A stretch of DNA of 64,000 nucleotides from assembly GCA_964644695.1 (NCBI GenBank), contig CAZXWN010000003.1:124001-188000 (forward strand), written 5' to 3'. Under the pieces are notes generated by a model. That model saw nothing but the letters and a program-made list of their open reading frames with translations, was not told the origin of the DNA and made no database searches. Source of the stretch: an uncultured bacterium (GTDB taxonomy: Bacteria; UBP4; UBA4092). A program made the position numbers and the translations under genes. Of the stretch, positions 40,091 to 51,160 are shown one piece after another (positions within the stretch are counted from its first letter, which is position 1; each line of letters starts with the position of its first letter).

Positions 40091-40606
40091 TTATACCTTC
40101 TTCTTTCCGAGAATAATGGCACCCACTAACGCGGCAACCAATATAAACGAGATTATTTCAAAGGGATACAAATAATCTGTATAAAGAACCTGCGCTATGG
40201 CCCGGGTATGAGTTACTGCTTTAATCTTTTCGGGAGTCCATGAATCCATCTTGCCAGGCATTAGTCCAATATTGGTGATGACTAAAAGCTGCAATAACAT
40301 TACAAAACCTAGCAAGGCGGCTACAGCTGAATTCCACTGAAAATTCTTTTTCTCTAATTTATCTTTGCCCAAGTCCATAAGCATAATGACAAAAATGAAC
40401 AAGGTCATAATGGAACCTGCATAGATGATGACTTGAACAGCAGCCAGGAAGGGTGCACTCAATAACAGGTAGAACCCGGCGACCGATAGAAAACTCATGA
40501 CCAGGCCCATGGCACCATAGACAGGATTACGATGAGTCACCATCACCAGGGCTCCGGAGACTGCAATTAACGCTAAGATAAAAAACAGTATTATGTCTAA
40601 GTTCAC
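40091..40606 (-). CDS. nuoJ: NADH-quinone oxidoreductase subunit J
   Basis: NPVY, QVIIYAGSIM.LF.FVIML, YLYPFE. Confidence 0.93.
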   Translation of the reverse strand: MNLDIILFFILALIAVSGALVMVTHRNPVYGAMGLVMSFLSVAGFYLLLSAPFLAAVQVIIYAGSIMTLFIFVIMLMDLGKDKLEKKNFQWNSAVAALLGFVMLLQLLVITNIGLMPGKMDSWTPEKIKAVTHTRAIAQVLYTDYLYPFEIISFILVAALVGAIILGKKKV

Positions 40607-40662
40607 TTCACTTCCACCTTATGTGGATTCTAAAAACACTTCGGAATACCGAAGAATACATT

Positions 40663-41190
40663 CTATTTTGATTCAGACTCCTCAAGAGGTTCTTTCTTGT
40701 TTACCTTCTGAGGAGAGGAATTATCTGTATCACCATCCAGATGATAATATGCTTTTACATCTGTCTTTTTATTTAAGGCATCAAGGAGGATGTCTTTACC
40801 ATAGATAAAATCTTTTCTTTGATAACTGGACATCTCATATTCCTGCCCCATAACAAGTGCATCGGTAGGGCAGGCATCTACACAGAACCCGCAGAAAATG
40901 CAGCGGAGATAATCAATCTGATAAACCTTGGCATATCGTTCACCGCCAGAACGACGGTCCTGTTCAGTGTTTTCTTCAGCTTCCAGATATATGGCTGTTG
41001 CAGGACAGACAACAGCACACATATGGCATCCAATACACAACTCAAGGCCCTCTTCATCACGACGCAGATGATGTCGGCCTCTTAACCGCTCCGGCATAAC
41101 TTTTTTTACTTCCGGATATTGGATCGTGGTAGGTTTACGCCACAGGTGTTTCTGTGTAATAAACAGACCCTTTAATAATTCTTTAATCAT
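40663..41190 (-). CDS. nuoI: NADH-quinone oxidoreductase subunit I
   Basis: TIQYP, CIGCHMCAVVCP and CIFCGFCVDACP. Confidence 0.96.
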   Translation of the reverse strand: MIKELLKGLFITQKHLWRKPTTIQYPEVKKVMPERLRGRHHLRRDEEGLELCIGCHMCAVVCPATAIYLEAEENTEQDRRSGGERYAKVYQIDYLRCIFCGFCVDACPTDALVMGQEYEMSSYQRKDFIYGKDILLDALNKKTDVKAYYHLDGDTDNSSPQKVNKKEPLEESESK

Positions 41191-41205
41191 GGTTCTTACT
41201 CCTCA

Positions 41206-42240
41206 TTACCTGAACCAGGTGAGGACAATTCCCGTCACCACAACATTCAGGATACCCAGCGGTAAGAGAACCAGCCAACCAAACTTCATCAACTGGTCAT
41301 ATCGGAACCGCGGGAAAGTCGATCTTAGCCAGATATAAATGAACAGGAATGCAAATATCTTGGCAACAAATTGTCCCATCCCCACCAAAACTCCAATATA
41401 AGGTCCAAAGAGAGCCACAGGGTCGGCTATTGGCCACCGCCACCCACCTAAGAATAAAGTGCTAATCAGGCAGGACATAATAACCATATTGGCATATTCA
41501 GACATAAAGAAAATGGCGAATTTCATGGAGCTGTATTCCGTATGGAACCCACCGACTAATTCTGTTTCGGCTTCCGGTAAATCAAAGGGCGCTCTGTTTG
41601 TTTCCGCAACCATACAGATAAAGAAAATAATGAATCCAATAAACTGGGGAATGATGAAAGGCCATTTGCTCTGAGCATTGACTACATCAGAGAGGTTCAA
41701 TGACTGCGAAAGCATAATCAAACCAATCAAAGACATTCCCATCGCCAATTCATAAGAAATCATTTGGGATGTAGAACGAAGTCCACCCAGGAATGAAAAC
41801 TTGGAGTTAGAAGACCATCCCGCCAGCACAATACCATAAACACTCAGTGAACTGATGGCCAACATATAAAGGATGCCGACATTCAGATTGGCGACAGACA
41901 GTGGGATGGTTCGTCCCATTATTTGCAGGTCTGGTCCAAAAGGAATTACGGCGACATTCATACAAGCACAGAACAGAGCAATGGCTGGCGCCAGGAAATA
42001 CAGTATTTTATCGACACCTTTTGGGGTTATATCTTCTTTCAGGATCAGTTTTATAGCATCAGCGATTGGCTGTAGAATGCCAAAAGGACCCACCCGGTTT
42101 GGACCCAGTCGTTGCTGGAAGAAGGCGACTAACCGCCGTTCGATATATACCATTGCCGGCACCATCAGTGCGATGGTGAAAACTAAGGCGGCGGTAATTT
42201 TCGCCAGAATAATGGCCAGATTAATCAATAATTCCTGCAT
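41206..42240 (-). CDS. nuoH: NADH-quinone oxidoreductase subunit H
   Basis: RLGPNRVGP.G.LQ..AD, AETNRAPFDLPEAE.EL..GF..EYS, PRFRYDQLM. Confidence 0.97.
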   Translation of the reverse strand: MQELLINLAIILAKITAALVFTIALMVPAMVYIERRLVAFFQQRLGPNRVGPFGILQPIADAIKLILKEDITPKGVDKILYFLAPAIALFCACMNVAVIPFGPDLQIMGRTIPLSVANLNVGILYMLAISSLSVYGIVLAGWSSNSKFSFLGGLRSTSQMISYELAMGMSLIGLIMLSQSLNLSDVVNAQSKWPFIIPQFIGFIIFFICMVAETNRAPFDLPEAETELVGGFHTEYSSMKFAIFFMSEYANMVIMSCLISTLFLGGWRWPIADPVALFGPYIGVLVGMGQFVAKIFAFLFIYIWLRSTFPRFRYDQLMKFGWLVLLPLGILNVVVTGIVLTWFR

Positions 42241-42243
42241 GAC

Positions 42244-44688
42244 TTATTTTCCCATTTCTCCGGGTTTCAAAGTGACGACTCGATGGGTAGTCCCTTTCGG
42301 GAAAAGTGAACCCACGGGAGTATCCGTAAAATTAACTGGAACCATGACTGTTCCAGGAGCCTGGTATTTCGCCAGTTTTACCGGTAATGTCAGAGTCCCT
42401 GTCTTTCCCGATAATGTGACCGTCTGATTTTCGGATATCCCCAATCTTTGGGCATCCTTCAGGGATAATGTCGCATGACCGGTATTACATAACTGGTTTA
42501 ACACTGAGGCTGCCCTCGTCATAGAACCGGAATGATAAAGCATATTTTCAGTAACAAGATGGAACTCAAAATCAGATAAGGCGGGTAATGCTTTTAAGCC
42601 AGACAAATCTGTGGTTTTTGCTTCCGGTTGTTCTGGAGCCTGATAGGAGAGCCTGAGTCCATCTCTCCCGAGTTGGCCATAATCAACAGAACTGAAAGCC
42701 GGAATTGTATTTTTCATTTCAAGGCTGATATCTTTGGGGTCTGAGTAATTCCAGTCAGCACCTAAAGCATTTGCCAGAAGCATCAATATTTGCCAATCCG
42801 GTTTAGACGCACCCCTGGGTTGAAATGCGGCGGTAATTCTTTGTGCCAGACCATCTCCAGAAACAAAGGTGCCATCTTTTTCCGCAAAAGAACAGGCCGG
42901 GAAAACGACATCCGCCATCGCCGCAGTTTCCGTCAGGAACATGTCCTGAACTACCAGGAAGGGGACTTTTTCAAGGGCTGTCTTAACTTCGGATTTTCCA
43001 GTGGTAACCCGTTCAAGAGGATTTTCTCCAACGATGTATAATCCTTGCATGGTACCGGAATTAAGGGTGTCCACCATTTGTCCCCATCCGTAGACATTCT
43101 CGGAAGGAACTAATCCTGTGTCATAAGCACCCCGGGAATTGTTATATTCGGGGAGCCAAAGGACCTTGGTGATACCGTTTCCAAGTTTATTCAGTTCAGC
43201 GACCAGATTTTCTATGGCTTGAACGTAGGAATCACGGAGTGGGTGGCTGATGGTCTCTCGTCCAAACAGTATAACCCGCCGTTCTGCACTTGCCAGAGTC
43301 TTGGCGGCAGCCTGGATGGATTCGTCCGTAGAAGACCCATTCAAAGCGGTTGATAACAGGTCAATAATGACAGGTTCTTTCCCATATTCCGGTTTGATTT
43401 CGTGTTGGATATAACCCCTTAACCCAGAATCGGATGAATGGATAGTAATGACTTTACCGATTTCCCGGTACTGGTTGCGAATCACTTTTAACCGAGTGAA
43501 GGGATTGGAATCTTCAAGATTAGTCCCAATAACAACGATGGCCTGAGCCACTTCGACATCCTCAAGAGATGCAGGATGAGCGGACAGGCGTTTGAAGGAT
43601 TCGTTTAGCAGGGCCCCTTCAGAAGTCATCAGATGGTCAATATAAGGTGTCTGAATGATGTCAGTGGCAAGACGTTTCAGGAGGTGACCCTCTTCGTTTG
43701 TGGTTCGTTGTGAACCCAATATACCGATGGCCTGACCACCTTTGTCAGAAATTATTTTTTTGAATCCGTTTGCGGCAGTCTGGATAGCTTCATCCCAGGT
43801 CACGGGAACCAGTTTTTCGTCTTTACGGATGAGGGGTGAAGTTAATCTCTTATCCGAATTAAAAACATCAAAACCAAAATGACCTTTGGCACAGAGGTGT
43901 TCTGTGGATAAATATTCACCGGGAGTGAGTCGGTCACGAGCCCTTAGAATTTCCTGCTCGCGGGTTTCCAGAGTCATTCGGCATCCATCTGCACAATAGG
44001 TACAGACGGTATTGGTTTTCGTAAGATCCCAGACACGGGCTTTAAACCGGAAGGGGATACTGGTGAGCGCCCCGACCGGACAGGCCTCAATACAGTCACC
44101 ACAGAAGGTACATTTATTTTCCGCACCGGGCATCATGTCAATTTCAGAACGGAAGCCTCTTTCAACGACACCGAGGATACCCTGTCCGTGAATGTCGCTG
44201 CAGGTGCGGACACATCGGCGACACATGATACAGCGGTTCATATCAAGTCGGATAACTTGATTCAGATTGCGTTTAAAATAACGGCGTTTGAATTCAACAA
44301 ACCGGCTTTCACTGGGACCATGCGCAAAAGTGTTGTCCTGTAACTCACATTCGCCCCCCTTATCACATACGGGACAATCGAGAGGGTGGTTGATGAGTAA
44401 AAATTCCAAAATACCTTTTTGACCCTTGAGTGCTTTTTCAGAACGGGTCCAGACAACCATACCTTCTGCAACCGTGGTGGCACAGGAAATCTGAAGTTTA
44501 GGCATTTTCTCGACTTCCACCAGACACATCCGGCAGGCGCCGATAGGTTGCAGTTCACCGTGATAACAGAAGATGGGGATAGAGATGCCCACTTGTTTGG
44601 CGGCGTTTAATAGGGTAGTGCCGGCCGGTACTGAAACCGGTTTTCCGTCAATTGTCAGGTTAATCAAGTTTTCCGCACTCATAGTCAT
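42244..44688 (-). CDS. nuoG: NADH-quinone oxidoreductase subunit G
   Basis: FCYH...GACRMCLVE, HPLDCPVCDKGGEC, CIMCRRC, CTYCADGC, molybdopterin-oxidoreductase-like C-terminal half; position in operon. Confidence 0.93.
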   Translation of the reverse strand: MTMSAENLINLTIDGKPVSVPAGTTLLNAAKQVGISIPIFCYHGELQPIGACRMCLVEVEKMPKLQISCATTVAEGMVVWTRSEKALKGQKGILEFLLINHPLDCPVCDKGGECELQDNTFAHGPSESRFVEFKRRYFKRNLNQVIRLDMNRCIMCRRCVRTCSDIHGQGILGVVERGFRSEIDMMPGAENKCTFCGDCIEACPVGALTSIPFRFKARVWDLTKTNTVCTYCADGCRMTLETREQEILRARDRLTPGEYLSTEHLCAKGHFGFDVFNSDKRLTSPLIRKDEKLVPVTWDEAIQTAANGFKKIISDKGGQAIGILGSQRTTNEEGHLLKRLATDIIQTPYIDHLMTSEGALLNESFKRLSAHPASLEDVEVAQAIVVIGTNLEDSNPFTRLKVIRNQYREIGKVITIHSSDSGLRGYIQHEIKPEYGKEPVIIDLLSTALNGSSTDESIQAAAKTLASAERRVILFGRETISHPLRDSYVQAIENLVAELNKLGNGITKVLWLPEYNNSRGAYDTGLVPSENVYGWGQMVDTLNSGTMQGLYIVGENPLERVTTGKSEVKTALEKVPFLVVQDMFLTETAAMADVVFPACSFAEKDGTFVSGDGLAQRITAAFQPRGASKPDWQILMLLANALGADWNYSDPKDISLEMKNTIPAFSSVDYGQLGRDGLRLSYQAPEQPEAKTTDLSGLKALPALSDFEFHLVTENMLYHSGSMTRAASVLNQLCNTGHATLSLKDAQRLGISENQTVTLSGKTGTLTLPVKLAKYQAPGTVMVPVNFTDTPVGSLFPKGTTHRVVTLKPGEMGK

Positions 44689-44738
44689 TTTTATCCTGGG
44701 GAGCCATCAGCTCCAGAAATCTATAAAAACAGTTCTTG

Positions 44739-46586
44739 TTAAATCAGTTTGAGAGAGCCATCCACCATACATTTACCATGTTTGATGTGATATTCGTATT
44801 CGTCTCGGAATTTTTTGACCGTTGAAATAGGGATACCTGTTTCCGCATCACCAAACGGACAGAACGACTTGCCGGCAATGTTGTCACTGATATCTAAAAT
44901 CAGGTCGAGGTCTTCCATTCGGCCTTTGCCTTCTTCAATGCGGCGCAATATGTTGCTCAGCCAATAAGTGCCTTCCCGGCAGGGAGTACATTTGCCGCAG
45001 GACTCATCACGGTAGAACTCCATAATCCTCAGAGCTGCCTGGACAATACAAGTCCGGTCATCCAATACAATGACCGCGGCCGAACCTAACATGGTCCCTG
45101 CTTTTGCCAGGGAATCAAAATCCATCTGAACATCTATTTCGTTGGGAGTAAGAATGGGTGTGGAAGCACCGCCGGGGATGACGCCTTTTAGTTTTCGACC
45201 ATCCCGAATGCCACCACAGTAGTCATAAATCAGTTCTCTAAGGGAAATACCCATTGGGAGTTCATAAGGGCCGGGTTTGACGACATGGCCCGACACATTA
45301 TAAATACGGGTTCCAGTATTTTTTTCGGTTCCGATGGAGGCGTACCATTCCGCACCCTGATTAATGATGGCGGGGACGGATGAGAGTGTTTCCACATTGT
45401 TGATGATGGTTGGGCAACCGTAAAGGCCTTTGACAGCGGGGAAGGGGGGTCTAAGTCGAGGTTCGCCACGTTTGCCTTCAAGAGAATCCAAAAGTGCTGA
45501 TTCTTCGCCACATTCATAAGCACCTGCACCGGAATGAACAACGATATCTAAATCAAAACCAGAACCAAAGATGTTGTTACCGAGATAACCTTTGGCTTTG
45601 GCTTGCTCAATTGCTTTGTTTAGGGATTGAATGGAGAAATGGTATTCGCCCCGGACATAAATGAAGGCCTTATTCACTCCAATCGCAAAGCTGGCCACAG
45701 CTATCCCTTCTATGAGAAGGTGGGGATCTCTTTCCATAATCTGCCGGTCTTTGAAAGTCCCGGGTTCGGACTCGTCGGCATTACAGCATAGATAACGGGG
45801 TTTGTTGATGTTTTTGGGAACGAAACTCCATTTCATCCCTGCCGGGAAGCCAGCGCCGCCTCTTCCTCGAAGCCCCGATTTCTTGACGATATCAATGACT
45901 TCATCGGGTTTATGAGAAGACAGGCATTTTCGAAGTGCAGAGTAATCTCCATACATGTCAGCATCAATCCACTGACCGGGATTAGCGATAATCCGTGTAA
46001 AGAGAACTTCTTTACCTGTTTTATGGATTTCTTGAATAGAGCGACCATTAGTGCCTTGGTATTTATGGTGAACTTCATCCAGTGAGAGTCCGGATTTCAG
46101 GTCATTAACGATTTGTTCAGTACGTTCTGGAGTTAGTTTCTCAAAGAGTTTGTCGTTGATGAGCATTGCCGGGCCAGAACCACAGGCCCCCAGACATTCT
46201 TCAGTCTTGACAGTAAATAACCCATCCGGAGTTGTCTCGTGGTTACCTACATTGAGGATTTTTTTCAAATGCTCAAAGACATCATAGGCCCTCTCAAGAG
46301 CACAGGAGATGTTGGTGCAAAGGGCTAGTTCGTATTTTCCAATGGGTTTACGATGAAACATGACATAGTAACTGGCGGTGGACTTCACTTCCATTGGGTC
46401 CAAGTCCAATAACCCAGCCACATAGTGCAGGGCTTCGTCGGACAAGTAACCGAATTCCTCCTGAGCCAGATACAAAGACGGCAAAAGAACCGAGCGGGTG
46501 CTCGGATATTTTGCTTTCAGGGCCTCGATCTTATCGAGAGCCGCCGGGCTGAATTCCAGAGTCTGACGGTTGTTCATCATGTTCAT
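44739..46586 (-). CDS. nuoEF: Fused NADH-quinone oxidoreductase subunits E and F
   Basis: NuoE part CTNISC...ECLGAC; NuoF part GLRGRGGAGFP, CNADESEPG, GAYECGEE, ESCGKCTPCREG; single open frame of 615 aa. Confidence 0.93.
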   Translation of the reverse strand: MNMMNNRQTLEFSPAALDKIEALKAKYPSTRSVLLPSLYLAQEEFGYLSDEALHYVAGLLDLDPMEVKSTASYYVMFHRKPIGKYELALCTNISCALERAYDVFEHLKKILNVGNHETTPDGLFTVKTEECLGACGSGPAMLINDKLFEKLTPERTEQIVNDLKSGLSLDEVHHKYQGTNGRSIQEIHKTGKEVLFTRIIANPGQWIDADMYGDYSALRKCLSSHKPDEVIDIVKKSGLRGRGGAGFPAGMKWSFVPKNINKPRYLCCNADESEPGTFKDRQIMERDPHLLIEGIAVASFAIGVNKAFIYVRGEYHFSIQSLNKAIEQAKAKGYLGNNIFGSGFDLDIVVHSGAGAYECGEESALLDSLEGKRGEPRLRPPFPAVKGLYGCPTIINNVETLSSVPAIINQGAEWYASIGTEKNTGTRIYNVSGHVVKPGPYELPMGISLRELIYDYCGGIRDGRKLKGVIPGGASTPILTPNEIDVQMDFDSLAKAGTMLGSAAVIVLDDRTCIVQAALRIMEFYRDESCGKCTPCREGTYWLSNILRRIEEGKGRMEDLDLILDISDNIAGKSFCPFGDAETGIPISTVKKFRDEYEYHIKHGKCMVDGSLKLI

Positions 46587-46628
46587 CGCTTCCTTAAAAT
46601 CAACAGGGGTTTAATCCTGTGGGACTTT

Positions 46629-47825
46629 CTATCGGTCCACTTCACCTAACACAATATCAATCGACCCAATCATAGCGACTAAGTCCGCAATGTAGCGGCC
46701 TTTGGCCATGACAGGCAGAGACTGTAAGTTCACAAATGATGGCCCACGCCAATGCCATCGATAGGGTTTATTACTTCCATCACTAACCAGGTAACAACCC
46801 AGTTCACCCTTGGGTGCTTCAACGGCACTGTAAACCTCTCCCTCGGGAGCCTTGAATCCTTCACTGTAAAGAAGGAAGTGATGGATAAGTTGTTCCATAT
46901 TCTTTTTGGCTTCTGGTTTGGGAGGGGGACAATATTTCCGGTTGTCCGACATGACTGGACCTTCAGGGAGATTTTCCAGAGCCTGTTTTACGATCTTCCA
47001 GGATTCTAACAATTCCCGTAACCGGACCATATATCTGGAGTACACATCCCCGTTTGTTTCAACAGGGATTTCGAAATCAAAATCTTCATAAGAACAATAG
47101 GGAGCATCCTTGCGAAGGTCCCATTTCACACCACTGCCACGCAGACTGGGGCCCGTTAACCCATAAGCCACCGCATCTTCTGCTGACATGATGCCCAGCC
47201 CTTTTGTCCGATTCATGAATATTGGATTTTTAGTCAAAAGACCATCGTATTCTTTCCAGCGGTCGGGGAAAATGCGTACAAATTCTCGAACCTTCTCAAT
47301 CAGGCCCGGGGTAATGTCTTCCCTGAGTCCGCCAATTCTGAAATACGATGACATCATCCGGACACCGGACACCTCTTCATACATATCCAAAATCATTTCG
47401 CGTTCACGGAAGCAATATAAAAATACTGTCATGGCACCTAAGTCCATTGCGCTGGTGCCGAGCCACACAAGGTGACTGGCAATGCGGGTGAGCTCCGTCA
47501 ACATAACTCTGATATATTGTGCCCGCTTCGGTACTTCGATACCGCAAAGTTGTTCTACCGCCATACAATGACAAAGATTGTTTGACATGGGGGACAGGTA
47601 ATCCAGACGGTCAGTCATAGGGATGACTTGATGATAAGTTTTGTATTCAGCTTCCTTTTCGACCCCGGTATGAAGATACCCAATATGCGGCCGGCAGGAA
47701 TGGACTATTTCACCATCAAGCTCCAGTTCCAGGCGCAATACACCATGGGTACTGGGGTGTTGCGGCCCCATGTTCAGTGTCATGGTCCGGAGATTGCCCG
47801 GTGTTATGTTTGATTCATTTGGCAT
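46629..47825 (-). CDS. nuoD: NADH-quinone oxidoreductase subunit D
   Basis: NMGPQHPSTHGVLR, GYLH, DRLDY, EAPKGE, C-terminal DIVLGEVDR. Start 47825 or 47834, since the 47873 start overlaps nuoC. Confidence 0.96.
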   Translation of the reverse strand: MPNESNITPGNLRTMTLNMGPQHPSTHGVLRLELELDGEIVHSCRPHIGYLHTGVEKEAEYKTYHQVIPMTDRLDYLSPMSNNLCHCMAVEQLCGIEVPKRAQYIRVMLTELTRIASHLVWLGTSAMDLGAMTVFLYCFREREMILDMYEEVSGVRMMSSYFRIGGLREDITPGLIEKVREFVRIFPDRWKEYDGLLTKNPIFMNRTKGLGIMSAEDAVAYGLTGPSLRGSGVKWDLRKDAPYCSYEDFDFEIPVETNGDVYSRYMVRLRELLESWKIVKQALENLPEGPVMSDNRKYCPPPKPEAKKNMEQLIHHFLLYSEGFKAPEGEVYSAVEAPKGELGCYLVSDGSNKPYRWHWRGPSFVNLQSLPVMAKGRYIADLVAMIGSIDIVLGEVDR

Positions 47826-47847
47826 GGTATGCATGTCCTGACTTACT

Positions 47848-48336
47848 TTATACATCATCTGCTGTCGGAACAAACAAGGGCTCGTTCATGCCGCGCAGAG
47901 GATAATCTTTTCTTAATGGATGGCCTTCCCAGTGGTCCGGAGTGACGATTCGGCGAAGGTCTGGATGTCCCTCAAAAGTAATCCCCATCAGGTCATACAC
48001 TTCTCGCTCCAGCCAATTAGCTGTGGGATATATTCCTGAGACGGAGGGGACAGACTCATCCGCATCTACTTTAACTTTCAAGGTAACAATTGCATGATGG
48101 GTTAATGACCGGAGCTGGTAAACAACCGTAAATCGGGGGGATGCCTGATAACCATCCACAGCGGTCAGGTCACACAGGAGTTTATAATCCTGATTAGCAT
48201 CATCTCGCAGGAAAGTCATTATCTCAATCAGGCTGTCCCGGCTAATAATGGCAACCGGCTGGCCCATTCTGTTTTCCCCTGTTTCGAGAACTTTTGTCCC
48301 AAATTGGGATTGTAAGGTTTCCAATGTTGTGGTCAT
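47848..48336 (-). CDS. nuoC: NADH-quinone oxidoreductase subunit C
   Basis: ANWLEREVYDLMGI.FEGHPDLRRI...GHPLRKDYP. Confidence 0.96.
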   Translation of the reverse strand: MTTTLETLQSQFGTKVLETGENRMGQPVAIISRDSLIEIMTFLRDDANQDYKLLCDLTAVDGYQASPRFTVVYQLRSLTHHAIVTLKVKVDADESVPSVSGIYPTANWLEREVYDLMGITFEGHPDLRRIVTPDHWEGHPLRKDYPLRGMNEPLFVPTADDV

Positions 48337-48371
48337 TTTTTCATGAGTCCCATTGATTTCTCAGGTATTAA

Positions 48372-48869
48372 CTAACCTTGAATAATGATTGGGTCTTTCC
48401 GGGGGTCGCCTTTTTGTATCTTCTCTTGAAGCATCATGATTCCCTGGATGAGAGTTTCCGGGCGTGGAGGACATCCTGGAACATAAACATCCACCGGGAT
48501 AATCTGATCTACACCTTGTACGACAGCGTAATTATTAAAAATGCCGCCACAGGAAGCGCATGCTCCCATGGAAATGACCCATTTGGGGTCTGCCATTTGT
48601 TCGTAAACTTGTTTAAGGACCGGGGCCATCTTTTTGGACACTCTGCCGGATACAATCATCAAATCTGACTGTCTGGGAGAGGGTCGGAATACTTCTGAAC
48701 CAAATCGAGCTAAATCATATCGGGATGCGGATGCAGACATCATTTCGATGGCACAGCAAGCCAATCCGAATGTAGCCGGCCAGATAGAGTTTTTCCGGCC
48801 CCACTTAATCACATTCTCTATGGAGGTGGTTAGAAATCCTTCACCTTTTATAAATTCTTCTAATCCCAT
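48372..48869 (-). CDS. nuoB: NADH-quinone oxidoreductase subunit B
   Basis: [34 protein letters not shown] at 48869 overlaps the nuoA 3' end. Confidence 0.96.
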   Translation of the reverse strand: MGLEEFIKGEGFLTTSIENVIKWGRKNSIWPATFGLACCAIEMMSASASRYDLARFGSEVFRPSPRQSDLMIVSGRVSKKMAPVLKQVYEQMADPKWVISMGACASCGGIFNNYAVVQGVDQIIPVDVYVPGCPPRPETLIQGIMMLQEKIQKGDPRKDPIIIQG

Positions 48870-49219
48870 TCGAAGGCTCCCTTCTTCCATGCATAAAAGT
48901 AACCTGCGACTAATATCAGAATAAAAAACACCATCTCGATTAATCCAAACCACATCGGCGCCATATTCAAATAGGTAACAGCCCAAGGGTACATGAAGAT
49001 AACTTCTACATCAAATAATATGAAAATCATGGCTGTTAAATAGTAGGACACTAAGAAGGGATGACGGGTATCACCCTTTGGGGACATGCCACACTCATAG
49101 GCGGAGAGTTTTCTGCCTGTTTTCCGGCGGGGACCCAGTAAGGCTGACGCAACAATCATTCCCACCGATAAGGCTAACGCTATGGCTATCAACAAAAAAA
49201 CCGGCAAATAGTCGATCAT
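48860..49219 (-). CDS. nuoA: NADH-quinone oxidoreductase subunit A
   Basis: [26 protein letters not shown]; three TMs. Confidence 0.96.
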   Translation of the reverse strand: MIDYLPVFLLIAIALALSVGMIVASALLGPRRKTGRKLSAYECGMSPKGDTRHPFLVSYYLTAMIFILFDVEVIFMYPWAVTYLNMAPMWFGLIEMVFFILILVAGYFYAWKKGAFEWD

Positions 49220-49683
49220 TCTCTAGATACTCCTGTTTCCGGGGTGCACTTTTCCGGATTAAGCTCGGTTTGGCTTTCTATGATTATACTCGGTAACCCC
49301 TTATCTGACAACCTTCTCTTAACTCGTGTTTACCCTTGACAATCAATCACCTATAGGAGTGTCTGAGTATGGATTCTTCGTATCGAATAAATCTGCCTGT
49401 TCGCTGCTCCCCTTATTTTTTAAGGGCTGGACTAATTGGACCTCATTTTACTCAATCTCTCTTCTCTCTCATTTTTGAAGTCTTGAATAAAATTGATTGA
49501 CTGGAAAATAATTTCTATTTATATCGGATTGTTTCCGGCGGTGGCGAAGATGAGAACAAGAAAAATCGTTACGCGAAAAGGATTCCCAGTGTTAGTCGAT
49601 TTTTCCTTATAATACATGAGATGCCGTAAATTAGCCGGCAGGATTCGGGGCAAGAAGTCTTTTGCCTATATCAGGGAGTAAAA

Positions 49684-51141
49684 ATGCGAATACTATTTGT
49701 CGCAGCTGAAGTAGCCCCCTTTGCTAAAGTGGGTGGGTTGGCGGATGTTGCCGGGTCATTACCCAAGGCATTAGCGAAGTTGGGGCATGATGTCAAAGTC
49801 GTAATGCCGTTATATCGTCATGTTAATCGTGAAAAATGGGGCTTGGAAAAAATCCTCGAAAATTGGGAAATAGCTCGACCTGTTCCCTCCCTTCAACCCG
49901 GTTTCAATGTCTATCGTGGCTATTTACCCGGTTCTGAAGTGGAAGTCTGGTTTATTGATAATGGTCATTATTTCCATCGCCCGGAAATCTATATGGAGGG
50001 TGGTCGGGATTATCCTGACAATCCAGAACGATATGCTTTCTTTAGCCGGGCTGTAATGGCTTTAGTTCAGGGTGTGAATTGGCAGCCGGACATTATGCAT
50101 TGCCATGACTGGCAGACGGCACTTCTTCCCACTTATCAGAAATTATTTTTCATGGACGACCCTTTCTGGAAATCTGTGAAAACCGTGTTCACCATACATA
50201 ACCTGGCGTATCAGGGTATTTTTGACCGGGGTAAACTCCCCATTTTAGGGTTACCTGACTGGACTTTTACGCCTCAGTTTATGGAGTTCTATGGGAATCT
50301 GTGCCTGATGAAAGGTGGTTTGATTTGTTCTGATAAATTGACTACCGTATCTCCCCGATATTCTCGGGAAATCCAGAGTTGGGAATGTGGATGCGGTCTG
50401 GATGGAGTGCTTCGGGAACGGCAATATGACCTGTCCGGTATTTTGAATGGCGTTGATTATGACCAATGGAACCCTCAGAAGGATTCCGAAATTGCGGCGC
50501 ATTTCTCCGAAAAGGACTGGGCAGGTAAACAAATCAATAAAATTAACTTACTCAAAGACCATCACCTCCCGGTCAGTGACCATGATATTCCAGTGATTGG
50601 GATCATCTCCCGGCTGGCGGACCAGAAGGGTTTTGATATCCTGGCCGAAGTGGCTGAACGCCTCATGACGCTGGATATGCAAATGGTCGTCTTAGGAACA
50701 GGTGAACAACGATATCACGACCTCTTCAAATGGCTGGCAGGGAAATACCCTGAGAAAGTAGCTGTGAACCTGAAATTCGACGGATACCTGGCGAAGATGA
50801 TTTATGCCGGTTCGGATTTATTCCTGATGTCTTCCAAATATGAACCCTGTGGCTTGGGCCAGTTGATTGCCATGGCCTATGGAACAGTACCCATTGTGAG
50901 ATCCACAGGTGGGTTGGCAGATACAGTCAGAGACTTTAATCCTGTAAGTGGTGAAGGTAACGGGTTCTCTTTTGATGCCTATTCAGGAAGTGAGTTGCTG
51001 GTTACAGTGGAACGCGCCCTGAGTTACTACCACCAAAAACCCCTTTGGGAGCGTATCCGAAAAAATGCCATTCGTTCTGACTATTCGTGGACTTCTTCCG
51101 CCAGACAATATTCGGATCTATATCGCTCTTTGATTCATTGA
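49684..51141 (+). CDS. glgA: Glycogen synthase (GT5)
   Basis: EVAPFAKVGGLADV, HCHDWQT, FTIHNLAYQG, RLADQKG, EPCGLGQ, TGGLADTV. Confidence 0.96.
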   Translation: MRILFVAAEVAPFAKVGGLADVAGSLPKALAKLGHDVKVVMPLYRHVNREKWGLEKILENWEIARPVPSLQPGFNVYRGYLPGSEVEVWFIDNGHYFHRPEIYMEGGRDYPDNPERYAFFSRAVMALVQGVNWQPDIMHCHDWQTALLPTYQKLFFMDDPFWKSVKTVFTIHNLAYQGIFDRGKLPILGLPDWTFTPQFMEFYGNLCLMKGGLICSDKLTTVSPRYSREIQSWECGCGLDGVLRERQYDLSGILNGVDYDQWNPQKDSEIAAHFSEKDWAGKQINKINLLKDHHLPVSDHDIPVIGIISRLADQKGFDILAEVAERLMTLDMQMVVLGTGEQRYHDLFKWLAGKYPEKVAVNLKFDGYLAKMIYAGSDLFLMSSKYEPCGLGQLIAMAYGTVPIVRSTGGLADTVRDFNPVSGEGNGFSFDAYSGSELLVTVERALSYYHQKPLWERIRKNAIRSDYSWTSSARQYSDLYRSLIH

Positions 51142-51160
51142 TTAATCACCATACGCATAC

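Noticed and set aside
48870-48986. N-terminal extension of NuoB in the ORF track (similarly NuoK, NuoD and the Mpv17-like gene)
   Set aside because: The extensions overlap neighbouring genes and lack family similarity; downstream starts fit better.
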